DNA from: a virus
Lineage: Duplodnaviria > Caudoviricetes
Length of the DNA: 25,434 nucleotides
Strand: one strand, 5' to 3'
IMG/VR virus record: IMGVR_UViG_3300017540_000017
Coordinates: 1-25,434 of that record
Shown in pieces: positions 15,136 through 24,303 of this stretch. The notes under the pieces were generated by a model that saw nothing but the letters and a program-made list of their open reading frames with translations, did no database searches and was not told where the DNA came from. Each line of letters begins with the position of its first letter. The first letter of the stretch is position 1. The position numbers were made by a program, and so were the translations under genes.

Positions 15136-15459
15136 ATGAATGCCCTCGCAATCACCACCGCCGGCCTGACGCGAGCGCTTAGCGGCCTTGCTGCGGAACC
15201 GACGATCTCCGACGTTCACCGCTGGGGTTTGCCACTCGGCAAGTACGCGCACTTCCTTTGGGCCATCGAAGCTACTGCGCTTCTCAAGCCCGACGCCACG
15301 ATCAGCACGGCGAAGGCGAGGCTGCAAAAAGTCATTGCACGCGACGAAAGCCGCCGGGCTGCCGGTGATTGGAAGTTCGACGCAAACCGCCTCATCGCGG
15401 CCAAGCAGCAGCTCCGCCACATCGAGGCGTTCGAGCAGCGGCATGCGAGGGCTGCGTGA
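15136..15459 (+). CDS. Hypothetical protein, first gene of the PL operon
   Basis: Protein-like ORF; alternative starts at 15124 and 15130. Confidence 0.7.
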   Translation: MNALAITTAGLTRALSGLAAEPTISDVHRWGLPLGKYAHFLWAIEATALLKPDATISTAKARLQKVIARDESRRAAGDWKFDANRLIAAKQQLRHIEAFEQRHARAA

Positions 15460-15674
15460 TGTTGGATCGCAAGCGTTGGCACAAGTCGCTCACCGAGGAT
15501 GCGATCATGGACGCCTGCGCTCGCAGGCTCACCTCGCTCGATAATCCCGGCTTCTGTCTCATCTGCGGCTTCGAGCAGGATGGGTGCGAGCCCGATGCTC
15601 AAAATTACGAGTGCGAGGCATGCGGAGCAGAAGAGGTCTTCGGCTGCGAAGAAATCTTCATGGAGATCGCCTGA
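15459..15674 (+). CDS. Zinc-ribbon protein (71 aa)
   Basis: CLIC...CEAC; TGATG coupling. Confidence 0.8.
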   Translation: MLDRKRWHKSLTEDAIMDACARRLTSLDNPGFCLICGFEQDGCEPDAQNYECEACGAEEVFGCEEIFMEIA

Positions 15675-15772
15675 TGCGCCTCCTCCCCCTCGCTCAAGAC
15701 CTTCTCAGCCTCATCGCCGTGACGGCATTCGTGCTGGTCGCCGGCGCCTATCTGGATTGGATCGCGCCATGA
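15674..15772 (+). CDS. 32-aa single-TM peptide
   Basis: MRLLPLAQDLLSLIAVTAFVLVAGAYLDWIAP; GGAG SD; coupled at both ends. Confidence 0.65.
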   Translation: MRLLPLAQDLLSLIAVTAFVLVAGAYLDWIAP

Positions 15773-15960
15773 AATCCAACCTCGTCGATATCGAAGTTCG
15801 TGCCATCCACATGACGGCCAACGCCATCCTCGTCACTGCAGACGATCAAAACAAGGTCTGGCTCCCGTTCTCGCGCATCGAACTCCAGAGCACCGGGAAG
15901 GTGAACGAATACCTCGTGACGATGCCAGAAGATCTGGCACTAGAGAAAGGGCTGATCTGA
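15769..15960 (+). CDS. Small hypothetical phage protein (63 aa)
   Basis: MKSNLVDIEV...VWLPFS...MPEDLALEKGLI; coupled. Confidence 0.8.
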   Translation: MKSNLVDIEVRAIHMTANAILVTADDQNKVWLPFSRIELQSTGKVNEYLVTMPEDLALEKGLI

Positions 15961-16967
15961 TGTCCGATTTTCAGAACGCGGGCGACCTGGCGCTTGCGAA
16001 CCTCAACCGCTGGGCCTGGTATCAGAAGGCGCTCGCGAACCCTGCCGAGATCGGCAAGAGCCTGATCGTCCATGAAAGCGATCCTCAGCAGGGCTATTAC
16101 CGCACGCGCCAGAAGGGAGGCCAGTGGGAGCCGGTCGCGATCTTCTATCCTGAGGGATCGGATCAGCTCGTCGCGTATCGCGGCGGACGGGAAATCCGAG
16201 ACATCAACACCCTTTGGGTGTGGTGTTGCCGCTATCCGATTGCGTTCGAAGCCTACGAGAAGGCTATGGCGGGCGGCGGGTTCGATGACGAACCGCCCGC
16301 CGCAGTCGGCCATAACTCAGGCGTTGACGATCCATTCGAGGCGATCAAGCTCGAACTTGCCGGCGAAAAGGAAACCGCCGAGGGCTTCCTCAAGGGTGAG
16401 GTGAAATCCCAGGCCGACGCCGACAAAGCCGGCATATGGGCGAAGCGGTTCACCGACCTCGCCAAGCGCATCGACAATCTGCGCGAGGCGGTGAAGGCAC
16501 CACATCTAGCCAAGTGCCGCGAGATTGACGGCGAATACAAGCCGGTCGAAGCGGAAGCAAAGGATTGGGCGACCAAGCTCAAGCGCCATGTCGAGCCGTT
16601 CCTGCTCGAGCAGAAGCGCAAGGCCGATGAAGCGGCGCGCAAAGCGCGAGAGGAAGCCGAACGGCAACGACGAGAGGCGATGCAGGCTCAGGATGAGGAA
16701 GCCAAGGCCGCCGCGCTCAAGGCCGCCCAGGAGGCCGAGAAGGCCGCAGAAGTGAAGAACGCCAGCGCCGGCCGAACCGGGGCGCGGGTGTCCATCAGGA
16801 CGGAGAAGCGCGCCAAGGTGGTGGATTACCACGCCGCTGCGAAGGCGCTCGTGGACGCCAATCACAAGGACATGCTCGCGACCATCGATCAGCTCGCCCA
16901 ACGCGCGGTGAAAGCCGGCGTGCCGCTGGCGGGCGTCGAGGTCGAGACCGTCGAAAAGGTGGTGTGA
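15960..16967 (+). CDS. Coiled-coil phage protein upstream of bet (possibly Gam-like)
   Basis: Long Ala/Glu/Lys-rich helical region; recombination-module position. Confidence 0.8.
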   Translation: MSDFQNAGDLALANLNRWAWYQKALANPAEIGKSLIVHESDPQQGYYRTRQKGGQWEPVAIFYPEGSDQLVAYRGGREIRDINTLWVWCCRYPIAFEAYEKAMAGGGFDDEPPAAVGHNSGVDDPFEAIKLELAGEKETAEGFLKGEVKSQADADKAGIWAKRFTDLAKRIDNLREAVKAPHLAKCREIDGEYKPVEAEAKDWATKLKRHVEPFLLEQKRKADEAARKAREEAERQRREAMQAQDEEAKAAALKAAQEAEKAAEVKNASAGRTGARVSIRTEKRAKVVDYHAAAKALVDANHKDMLATIDQLAQRAVKAGVPLAGVEVETVEKVV

Positions 16968-17167
16968 TGCCCAAGTGGAAGAAGGGCGGCCGGATCGATG
17001 ACCCGCAGATCGTAATCGACTGCATCCTCGCCGGCCGCGTCGTCTTCAACGGCCACAAGCCGCAGAACGCTGGCTGGCTCCAGAACTGGAGCATCAGCCA
17101 GATCAAGCGCGAAACAGGCTTGGGCAGGTTCTTCTTAGCCCTGCCGACCGAAAGGAAACCGTCATGA
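16964..17167 (+). CDS. Small hypothetical protein
   Basis: Coupled to both neighbours. Confidence 0.7.
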   Translation: MMPKWKKGGRIDDPQIVIDCILAGRVVFNGHKPQNAGWLQNWSISQIKRETGLGRFFLALPTERKPS

Positions 17168-18090
17168 ACGCCGTCACCAAAGCCGAGCCGCAGCAGAAGC
17201 TCATGCTTCTCGAATACATGGCCGACAAATACGGCCTTCGCCCTCAGGAATTTGCAGACACAGTTCGCAAGACATGCGGGCTGGCGACGGCATCGCCGGA
17301 GGAGTTCGCCGCCTTCATCATGGTGGCGCGCGAATACGATCTGAATCCGCTCCTCCGAGAGATATTCGCCTTTCCCAAGCGTGGTGGCGGCATCGTGCCG
17401 ATCGTCTCGATTGACGGGTGGGTGAATCTCGTCAATTCGCATCCAGCCTGCGACGGCTTCGAATTTGACGTGGAGCACGGCGAAAACAGCGATCTCGTCG
17501 CAATCACCTGCCGCATGTATCGGAAAGACCGGAACCGCCCCGTCGTCGTCACCGAGTATTACGACGAATGCAAGCGCGACACCGAGCCATGGAAGATGAA
17601 GCACCGCATGCTTCGCCACAAGGCGATGATCCAGGCGGCGCGGTACGCCTTCGGCTTCTCCGGCATCTATGACGAGGACGAGGGCGCCAAAATCGCGGAG
17701 ATGAAGGACGTCACGCCACCACAACCCCCAGCCCCGCCCAAGCCGCCCGTGCCGCCAGCACCGCAGAGTGAGGCGAAGCCCGAGGTGGAAGACGCCGAAA
17801 TCATCACCGAGGATCCGGTTGCCGACGGCATTGATGCTGACGAGCACGATCCGGAACCAGGCGAGATCCTGGGCACGTCAGCAGATCGCACTGAGTTCAA
17901 CCCAACGGCCTTCTTCGAGGAAATGGAAACCTCCTTCGCCGCCGAGACCACGGTTGAAGGCGTCGAGGAGCGCTGGAACGAGTTCGATCCAATGGCGCAG
18001 TTCGATGGGGACGACACCAACCAGGGAATTGCCAAGGCCATCAAGAACCAGCGTTTGCAGGAAATTAAGAGGGCCAACGGCAATGGCTAA
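17164..18090 (+). CDS. bet: Phage single-strand annealing recombinase Bet (RecT family)
   Basis: LNPLLREIFAFP..GGIVPIVSIDGW; RMLRHKAMIQAARYAFGFSGIYDEDE. Confidence 0.93.
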   Translation: MNAVTKAEPQQKLMLLEYMADKYGLRPQEFADTVRKTCGLATASPEEFAAFIMVAREYDLNPLLREIFAFPKRGGGIVPIVSIDGWVNLVNSHPACDGFEFDVEHGENSDLVAITCRMYRKDRNRPVVVTEYYDECKRDTEPWKMKHRMLRHKAMIQAARYAFGFSGIYDEDEGAKIAEMKDVTPPQPPAPPKPPVPPAPQSEAKPEVEDAEIITEDPVADGIDADEHDPEPGEILGTSADRTEFNPTAFFEEMETSFAAETTVEGVEERWNEFDPMAQFDGDDTNQGIAKAIKNQRLQEIKRANGNG

Positions 18091-18994
18091 GACCGAATCT
18101 CCTCCGTTTCGAATGGTGGTGGAGAAAGGCCCACGCCTTGTTCCAGCCACGGCCGCGGACGCCGAGCGCCTCGATACATGGCGCATAGGCTCGAAGGTGA
18201 ATGTCAGTTTCGTTCGCGATGGCAGCCGGCCGATGGAGCGCAAGTGGTTTGCGATACTCGGTCTTGTGGTCGACCAGTGCGACGTTCCGTGGACGACAAA
18301 AGAGGCCGCAAGCGAGGCGGTAAAGCTGGCGCTCGGCATCGTCAACTACGGCAAGACTGTCGGCGGCCAATTCATGCTATGGCCGAAGTCCCTCACAGAG
18401 CTTTCCGACCCAGAGCTTGATGATGCCGTTCGCGACATGATGGACCTGATCCACAAGATGACCGGCGTGGATCCGGAAACCTTACGCAAGGAATCCGCCG
18501 ACGTTGGCGATGATGAAGACGATTACGAACCGTCGGCTCCCCCCGCCGACGACGACGCGGCGGCATCCGACTCCGCCCCCCAAGCCCAGGATGCCGCCGC
18601 GAACCCTTCCGCTGCCGATACCGGTGGCGATGAGGAGGCCGGCGCCACTGTCCCAACTGAGAAGGCGGCTCATGGTGAGCCGTCGGCGCCGGCCTCCGCC
18701 CTTCCCCGAGACGATAAATCGTGGCTTCCCGCTGCGGCAAAGATGCTCATTGGCGCAGCTATGCCCGGTGGCGATCCCGAAGTGGTTCGATGCCAGTATG
18801 CGGGCCTGCTGAAGATGACGCCGGCGACGATCAGCCAGGAGGCTATTTCCAAGGCCATCAGCATCAGCAAGCGCTTGGTCGCAGTGTGCGAGCAGACGGA
18901 AGAGCTCGACCTTGATCTGATTGCCGGCATTGCCGGTTGCGAGGCAAAGGATCTGAAGCCCGCCAAGCAGGAGGCTGTTGCCGCTCATGGGTGA
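18083..18994 (+). CDS. Hypothetical protein, DUF1367/NinB-like N-terminus with an acidic linker
   Basis: RLVPA...RKWFAIL...PKSL pattern; follows bet; start at ATG 18083. Confidence 0.65.
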   Translation: MAKTESPPFRMVVEKGPRLVPATAADAERLDTWRIGSKVNVSFVRDGSRPMERKWFAILGLVVDQCDVPWTTKEAASEAVKLALGIVNYGKTVGGQFMLWPKSLTELSDPELDDAVRDMMDLIHKMTGVDPETLRKESADVGDDEDDYEPSAPPADDDAAASDSAPQAQDAAANPSAADTGGDEEAGATVPTEKAAHGEPSAPASALPRDDKSWLPAAAKMLIGAAMPGGDPEVVRCQYAGLLKMTPATISQEAISKAISISKRLVAVCEQTEELDLDLIAGIAGCEAKDLKPAKQEAVAAHG

Positions 18995-20024
18995 GATAAC
19001 AGCAATTTCCTGGTGCGATCACACTTTCAATCCCTGGATCGGCTGCACCAAGGTCTCGCGGGCATGCGACGGCTGCTACGCTTGGGCGATGATGGACCTG
19101 CGCTACCAGCGCGTCCAATGGGGTGCGCCAGGGCACGGGAACGGCACGCGCGAGCGGACATCGGCCGGAAACTGGAGCAAGCCGCGCGCATGGGACCGGA
19201 AGGCAGCCGCTTCCGGGACGCGCCCGTTCGTCTTCTGCGCCTCGCTGGCGGACGTATTCGACAACCAGGTGCCGAGGGAGTGGCGCGAGGAGCTTTTCGA
19301 ACTGATCCGCGTCACGCCGAATCTGGTCTGGCTGCTTCTGACGAAGCGCCCACAGAACATCGTGCGCATGGTGCGGGATCACGGCGCCATCGCCGGGAAT
19401 GGCACGCGGTACCTTCCAGGCAATGCGGCGATCGGCACCACGGTGGAGGACCAGGATCGGGCGATTAATCTATTCAGGCTCGCCATTGCCGCCCGTGACA
19501 CAGGCCCGCTCTTCACGTTCGCAAGTTTCGAGCCGCTGCTCGGGCCGGTCGATCCGACTCGCATCGTTGTTCATGAAGGGCCGGCCGAATTCTACGGCAG
19601 CCCGGAAATCAAAAGCGTGGTCATGAACTTCAATGCCTTGGCGGGCGCGCCGTCGATGCATCTGCCGCCGCTCGGCTGGGCAATCACAGGCGGCGAGACC
19701 GACCAGGGCGGCCACAAGGCGCGGCCGTCGCATCCTGATTGGTTTCGTTCGTTGCGCGATCAATGCGCCGCTGCCGGCGTGGCCTACCACCACAAACAGA
19801 ACGGCGAGTGGCAGGACGGAAGCGACTTCGCGCCCGATGCCATGGTGATGATGACGGATGGCCGACTCTGCGAGTTCGGAGCGGCTGAACTGGTCGATAT
19901 GGACCGCGACGCTCCGGTGATGCCTCACAACCCAACACTTATCAGGCGCGTCGGCAAGTCCCGTTCCGGCCGCCTCCTCGATGGTGTCGAGCACAATGCA
20001 AGGCCGGAGGTCCATGCGGCATGA
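18987..20024 (+). CDS. DUF5131 / phage Gp37-Gp68 family protein
   Basis: ISWCDHTFNPWIGCTKVSRACDGCYA, LLLTKRP, SFEPLLG, GGET. Confidence 0.92.
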   Translation: MGEITAISWCDHTFNPWIGCTKVSRACDGCYAWAMMDLRYQRVQWGAPGHGNGTRERTSAGNWSKPRAWDRKAAASGTRPFVFCASLADVFDNQVPREWREELFELIRVTPNLVWLLLTKRPQNIVRMVRDHGAIAGNGTRYLPGNAAIGTTVEDQDRAINLFRLAIAARDTGPLFTFASFEPLLGPVDPTRIVVHEGPAEFYGSPEIKSVVMNFNALAGAPSMHLPPLGWAITGGETDQGGHKARPSHPDWFRSLRDQCAAAGVAYHHKQNGEWQDGSDFAPDAMVMMTDGRLCEFGAAELVDMDRDAPVMPHNPTLIRRVGKSRSGRLLDGVEHNARPEVHAA

Positions 20025-20122
20025 TCGACGCCATCATCATCTATTTCCAGGCACCCATCACCGCTCAGGAAATCATCCTTCTCCTGACCGGAGCCGCAGC
20101 GATGCTTCTGAGGCAGCCATGA
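20021..20122 (+). CDS. 33-aa hydrophobic peptide (not in ORF track)
   Basis: MIDAIIIYFQAPITAQEIILLLTGAAAMLLRQP; ATGA overlaps at both ends. Confidence 0.5.
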   Translation: MIDAIIIYFQAPITAQEIILLLTGAAAMLLRQP

Positions 20123-20179
20123 CCGAACGCACCGCCCTCATCCCCGAACACATGATCGCCCATGCAAAGGAGAGCAGCC

Positions 20180-20422
20180 GTGGTTGATCGATCCAACCGC
20201 CCTGACGTGCGCAACCCCGTCCTAGGGCTGCCGGCAGCGCGGCGCCTCCTCAATCTGCCGCCAGAGACGCGCGCTGCGGTGGCCGACGTGTTGCGCGATC
20301 TCTCGAAGGATGCGCGAAATAGGGCGCAAGAAAGCTGGCGCAAAAACAAGGGGCCAATGGCCGTCTACTGGAAGGCGGTCGGCGCGTATGCGACCCACCT
20401 TTACCGAGCGGTGCGGCCATGA
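20180..20422 (+). CDS. Hypothetical phage protein (80 aa)
   Basis: AAGGAG SD before GTG 20180; RNPVLGLPAA...YWKAVGAYA. Confidence 0.75.
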   Translation: MVDRSNRPDVRNPVLGLPAARRLLNLPPETRAAVADVLRDLSKDARNRAQESWRKNKGPMAVYWKAVGAYATHLYRAVRP

Positions 20423-20832
20423 CGATGCCCCTCCGCATCCAACTCTCCCGCAGAAAGGGCTGGCGCATGCCGCCCAACACAGTGAAGGTGGACCGCAGCA
20501 CGCGGTGGGGCAACCCATGGAGGATTGGGGATAATCGATATGACGCCGCAACTAATTCCTTCATGTGCTGCGAGACGACGGCTGACACCGTGCTCGCGTT
20601 CCGGCAATTCGTGGACTGGGATCCTGGAAAGCCGTTGATACTTCCCTGCGCAGAGTGCGGCCACCTAGAAATATGGGGCGGATATAGCGACGAAATCCAT
20701 CTCAATCGGCGCAGTATCCGCAAATTTCTTGCAGGCAAGAACCTCGCCTGCTGGTGTAAGCTAGGCGAGCCCTGCCACGCCGATGTTCTCCTTGAACTCG
20801 CCAACCGTCCGATCTGCAAGGAGGTATCATGA
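20419..20832 (+). CDS. DUF4326 family protein
   Basis: RIQLSRRKGWRMP...WGNP...LAGKNLACWC...CHADVL. Confidence 0.88.
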   Translation: MTMPLRIQLSRRKGWRMPPNTVKVDRSTRWGNPWRIGDNRYDAATNSFMCCETTADTVLAFRQFVDWDPGKPLILPCAECGHLEIWGGYSDEIHLNRRSIRKFLAGKNLACWCKLGEPCHADVLLELANRPICKEVS

Positions 20833-20975
20833 CGCTCTGGGACAGCCTAAACGCCGCCCGCGGCTTCGGCTGGGATGCGAACCCCTGGGTTTGTGCGGTC
20901 TCTTTCCGCGTCATCAAGCAGAACATCGACCAGATCGACGCAGAGTTCGCAGGAACGGCGGGGATGGCCCTATGA
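20829..20975 (+). pseudogene. C-terminal remnant (48 aa) of a common phage ASCH/PUA-like protein
   Basis: LWDSLN..GFGWDANPWV.AVSF normally ends much larger phage proteins; coupled by ATGA at both ends. Confidence 0.55.
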
Positions 20976-21610
20976 GCGTTTCAGCCTATCCGCTTCAATG
21001 GCCCGCCGGCCGGCCGCGCACTTCATCCAGCGCTCGTCAACTCGGTCGTTTTAACAAGAAGCAGCACAACGGCCGATGGAATGAAACCAAGAGCCTAAGC
21101 GTGGCCGACGCACTCGGCAGGCTTCAGGACGAGATCGAGCGCATCGGCGCCCGTTTCCCGGTGATATCGACCAATTTGGAGCCACGCCTGGATGGCCTGC
21201 CGCGCTCCGGTCAGCCGGAGCCGGTCGATCCTGGTGTAGCGCTTTACTTCGACCTGAAGGGCGAACCTCATTGCCTGCCTTGCGATACCTATACCCGCGT
21301 TGCCGACAACATCGCCGCAATTGCCAAGCACATCGAGGCGACACGCGCGATCGAGCGATACGGGGTTGCCAGCATCAGAGAGATGTTTGCTGGTTTTGCT
21401 GCCTTACCTCCTCCTGGCGGGGCAGAAAGCCAACTGTGGTGGAAAGTGTTGCGCGTCGAGCCAACCGCGAGCGAGGACCAGATCCAATCGGCCTACCGCA
21501 AGCGCGCGGCCGAACTCCATCCGGATCGGCCGGGCGGATCGGCTGCGGCCATGGCCGAATTGAACGCCGCTCGGGATGCCGCCCTTAAAGCTGTGCGTGG
21601 GATGGCGTGA
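20972..21610 (+). CDS. Phage J-domain (DnaJ-like) protein
   Basis: AYPLQWP N-terminus; C-terminal AYRKRA..LHPDRPGGS...ELNAA. Confidence 0.9.
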   Translation: MSVSAYPLQWPAGRPRTSSSARQLGRFNKKQHNGRWNETKSLSVADALGRLQDEIERIGARFPVISTNLEPRLDGLPRSGQPEPVDPGVALYFDLKGEPHCLPCDTYTRVADNIAAIAKHIEATRAIERYGVASIREMFAGFAALPPPGGAESQLWWKVLRVEPTASEDQIQSAYRKRAAELHPDRPGGSAAAMAELNAARDAALKAVRGMA

Positions 21611-22005
21611 TGGCGCGCACCGTCTCTGAATGGATCGGCCGCACCGCTGACAGCCAGCCGACCGACGCATGCAAACTGCGCATTCTGGAGCGGCAGGGAT
21701 ATCGCTGCGCTCTGACGGGCGTAGAGTTCTCGCCAGCTAATAAGCCAGAGTTCGACCATATCACGCCGCTATGGCTGGGTGGCGAAAACCGCGAAAGCAA
21801 CCTGCAGGCCGTCACGGCAGACGCCCACAAACGCAAGACCAAGGCAGAGGCCACGGTGCGCGCGAAGGTGAAGGTCAACGCCAAGCGCCATCTGCTCGGC
21901 AAGAAAAAGTCGGCGCGGCCAATCCCAGGATCCAAATCCACCAGGTTCAAGAAGCTCATCACCGGCGAGGTCGTAGACCGTCGGACAGGCGAGGTAATTT
22001 CATGA
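21607..22005 (+). CDS. HNH endonuclease
   Basis: EFDHITPL..GG.N.ESNLQ......H. Confidence 0.85.
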   Translation: MMARTVSEWIGRTADSQPTDACKLRILERQGYRCALTGVEFSPANKPEFDHITPLWLGGENRESNLQAVTADAHKRKTKAEATVRAKVKVNAKRHLLGKKKSARPIPGSKSTRFKKLITGEVVDRRTGEVIS

Positions 22006-22901
22006 CGAGCAATTCAGAGATAAGCGAGAAGGAAGTCGAGGCGGCGTTCCGAGCATTTTGCGATGCTTGCCAATTTCGTGACGGTGAGGAGCAATATCGG
22101 GACTTCGATACGGAAAAGGCGGCGCGTCCTGAACTGTATAACTTTGGGATGAAGGGAATGCGAACGGCCCTCGAAGCCGCCGCCCTTGCCAGAGCGGAAG
22201 CCAATGCCGGGGAACCGGTGGCTTACCTGCGAGTGCAGAGAAAGAGCGGCGAAAAGATACTCAGCTTCGAGCCACTTGCAGATCTGCCGTTCAATAGGGA
22301 GTGGTGGGAGGAAATCCCGCTTGGCCCTATCGCCCGCCCCGCCCCGCAGCCGAGCGGGCCGGTAATAGGGGACGAGCGTATTTATCCAAATGAAGCCTTC
22401 GGCTCCGCCCACCCCACCCTAGAAGACGCTCCCATCACGCGACCATTCCGCGATGACGGTTCTCCTGAGTGGATGCAGATCGAGAGGCTGTTCGAGCGAT
22501 TCCGCGTACCCGCGCCCGACTATCGCCTCCGCGATGAGCTTGTGGTTCTCCTGTCGTGGGCAAGATATGGCGAGCGTCTTCATGATCGCGCCCCGCAGCC
22601 GAGCGGGCCGGTGAAGGCGTTGGTTGAGCGTTTGCGGCATCATTACAATCACGCTCGCGACACGCACCATTTTAAAGCCGCGTACACAATCGAGGAAGTC
22701 CTCTCCGCCATCACGGCAGGCAAGCCGGAGCAGGCGGTGCCGAGTGATTATTCGGAAGAGGCAATGCTCACGCTTGCTCGGGAAGCAGTTCGCACAGGCA
22801 TTACCCGCTCATCTTTCTCACAGTGCGCCGAATGGGCACATGACGAGGCCACGGATGAGACCGCCGCCCCTACAGCAGGAGGTGGCGATGAAGTTCGGTG
22901 A
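22002..22901 (+). CDS. Mosaic hypothetical protein (299 aa)
   Basis: GAGG SD, ATGA overlap; internal repeated linker APQPSGPV. Confidence 0.75.
   Translation: MTSNSEISEKEVEAAFRAFCDACQFRDGEEQYRDFDTEKAARPELYNFGMKGMRTALEAAALARAEANAGEPVAYLRVQRKSGEKILSFEPLADLPFNREWWEEIPLGPIARPAPQPSGPVIGDERIYPNEAFGSAHPTLEDAPITRPFRDDGSPEWMQIERLFERFRVPAPDYRLRDELVVLLSWARYGERLHDRAPQPSGPVKALVERLRHHYNHARDTHHFKAAYTIEEVLSAITAGKPEQAVPSDYSEEAMLTLAREAVRTGITRSSFSQCAEWAHDEATDETAAPTAGGGDEVR
22340..22612 (+). repeat. 24-bp direct repeat (22340-22363 and 22589-22612)
   Basis: CGCCCCGCAGCCGAGCGGGCCGGT twice, 249 bp apart (in frame). Confidence 0.95.
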
Positions 22902-23164
22902 ACTGATCGCAGTTGCCCGTGAGTGCAAAGGCTGGACGCTTCGCGACCTTGAGAGGGCGAGCGGCGTTTCGAACGCGCTTATCTCGCAGATCGAGACGCA
23001 CAAGGTCCGTGATCCCGGCTTTTCGACGGTCGTTCGGCTTATCGACGCCCTTGGTATTTCAATGGAGAGAGCCGCCGAAACCGCGCGCTTGAAGCGGGAT
23101 ATCCTGCGCCGCCATGGCGTGGACAAATCCGGCCCCGCCGCCCCTACAGCAGGAGGTGGCGATG
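22861..23164 (+). repeat. 30-bp direct repeat (22861-22890 and 23135-23164) containing SD and ATG
   Basis: CCGCCGCCCCTACAGCAGGAGGTGGCGATG twice. Confidence 0.95.
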
Positions 23165-23172
23165 CGGAGTAG
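22888..23172 (+). CDS. XRE-family HTH regulator
   Basis: ARECKGWTLRDLERASGVSNALISQIE....DPGFSTVVRLIDALG; AGGAGG SD. Confidence 0.88.
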   Translation: MKFGELIAVARECKGWTLRDLERASGVSNALISQIETHKVRDPGFSTVVRLIDALGISMERAAETARLKRDILRRHGVDKSGPAAPTAGGGDAE

Positions 23173-23350
23173 GCTAACGGAAGCGCAGAAGCGCATTGTG
23201 CGGCAAATCCTTGAGACAGGCCACGTTTCGCTGTCTCGCGACAGTAGCGATGACTACGTTGCTGCCTCTGCGTTCATTTTCGATAATGGTCTTTTCTTCA
23301 CGCCCGACGCATACCGCGCCGCCCTCAAAATGGAGGGCCGCGATGGGTGA
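23162..23350 (+). CDS. Small hypothetical protein (62 aa)
   Basis: AGGAGG SD; MRSRLTEAQKR... Confidence 0.7.
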   Translation: MRSRLTEAQKRIVRQILETGHVSLSRDSSDDYVAASAFIFDNGLFFTPDAYRAALKMEGRDG

Positions 23351-23759
23351 TCTGCGGGAACTGATCGCACGGCTGGAGAAGCTGGAAGGGCCGAGCCGGG
23401 AGGTGGATTGCACAATCGCGCTCACACTCGACGGATTTGAGATTGATGAGCGGGGAGGCTACGCGTACCGCGATCCTGACGGCAATTTGAATATGTCAGG
23501 CAATGCCAAAGACATGCTCGTACCGCGCTACACGGCCTCTCTCGACGGAGCGATAGCGCTGTGTGAGCGTGTGCTGCCAGGGTGGTCGATCAATCTCGAA
23601 TTCACCAACGGCATAGCTGATGACGTGTATCTAATCGGCCCTGGATATCGGAGTGACCAGCCGCACCTGCAATCCTCGCCACCTGTAGCGGGCAAGCCTA
23701 TCTGTGTTGCCCTTCTCCTTGCCACCCTCCACGCCAAAGCACAGGAGAGTGGCAAGTGA
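23343..23759 (+). CDS. Phage protein, ABA-sandwich-like domain
   Basis: LIARLEK.EGPSRE.D..IA...VPRYTASLD.A..L.ERVLPGW; GGAGG SD. Confidence 0.7.
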   Translation: MGDLRELIARLEKLEGPSREVDCTIALTLDGFEIDERGGYAYRDPDGNLNMSGNAKDMLVPRYTASLDGAIALCERVLPGWSINLEFTNGIADDVYLIGPGYRSDQPHLQSSPPVAGKPICVALLLATLHAKAQESGK

Positions 23760-24100
23760 ACGCGCGCGAAGAACTCCTGCGTTACCTCATTCGGTACGGT
23801 GGGACGTGCCGAGACTGCGCCGATGAGGATGGCGTCTGCCCTCAAACGGGCATTGGATGCGGAGACCGGCGCAAAGCCACCGAGTTTGTCCTTGAGGCGC
23901 TGGAATACGGCACCAAGCATGGCTTCGCCGCAGGCTACCGCATCCTCGCCCCCGGACAGCTAGACGATGAGACCCTGGAAAGGGCGGCGAGCATAGATCC
24001 CAAGCAATTTTGGGATGAAGATGCGGCAATCCAAGTTCTCGACGCCATCCGCGCCCTGAAGGAAGACCGCCGCTCACTCGAAGGGGACGGGCGGGGATGA
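23756..24100 (+). CDS. Hypothetical protein, Cys-rich
   Basis: CRDC.....CP....C; GTGA coupling. Confidence 0.75.
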   Translation: MNAREELLRYLIRYGGTCRDCADEDGVCPQTGIGCGDRRKATEFVLEALEYGTKHGFAAGYRILAPGQLDDETLERAASIDPKQFWDEDAAIQVLDAIRALKEDRRSLEGDGRG

Positions 24101-24303
24101 CGCGACGGGCCGCCCGCATCACTCATGATGAAGTTTCAAGGCTGCTCAAGGCAGCCAAGGCATCGGGCTTCCCTGTCGGCCGAATTGAGTATGACGGTCG
24201 CTCCGTGTCCCTTGTGATTAGCGTGGATACCGTGGAAACACCGGAAAAGACTATTGCACCTCCAGAGGAAGATGAAGGGCTGATAAGGGAGCCGAAGCTG
24301 TGA
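24097..24303 (+). CDS. Putative excisionase-like protein
   Basis: 68 aa, directly upstream of and overlapping int; function inferred from position. Confidence 0.55.
   Translation: MTRRAARITHDEVSRLLKAAKASGFPVGRIEYDGRSVSLVISVDTVETPEKTIAPPEEDEGLIREPKL

Noticed and set aside
16795-17847. 350-aa antisense ORF over bet, and similar shadows (5271-5945, 10207-10827, 11549-12259)
   Set aside because: Antisense shadows of GC-rich genes with no coupling to same-strand neighbours; they show that an open antisense frame alone is weak evidence.
22340-23164. Repeats as a CRISPR array or integron attC sites
   Set aside because: Two different two-copy repeats, coding and non-palindromic, with 225-245 bp between copies and no cas genes.
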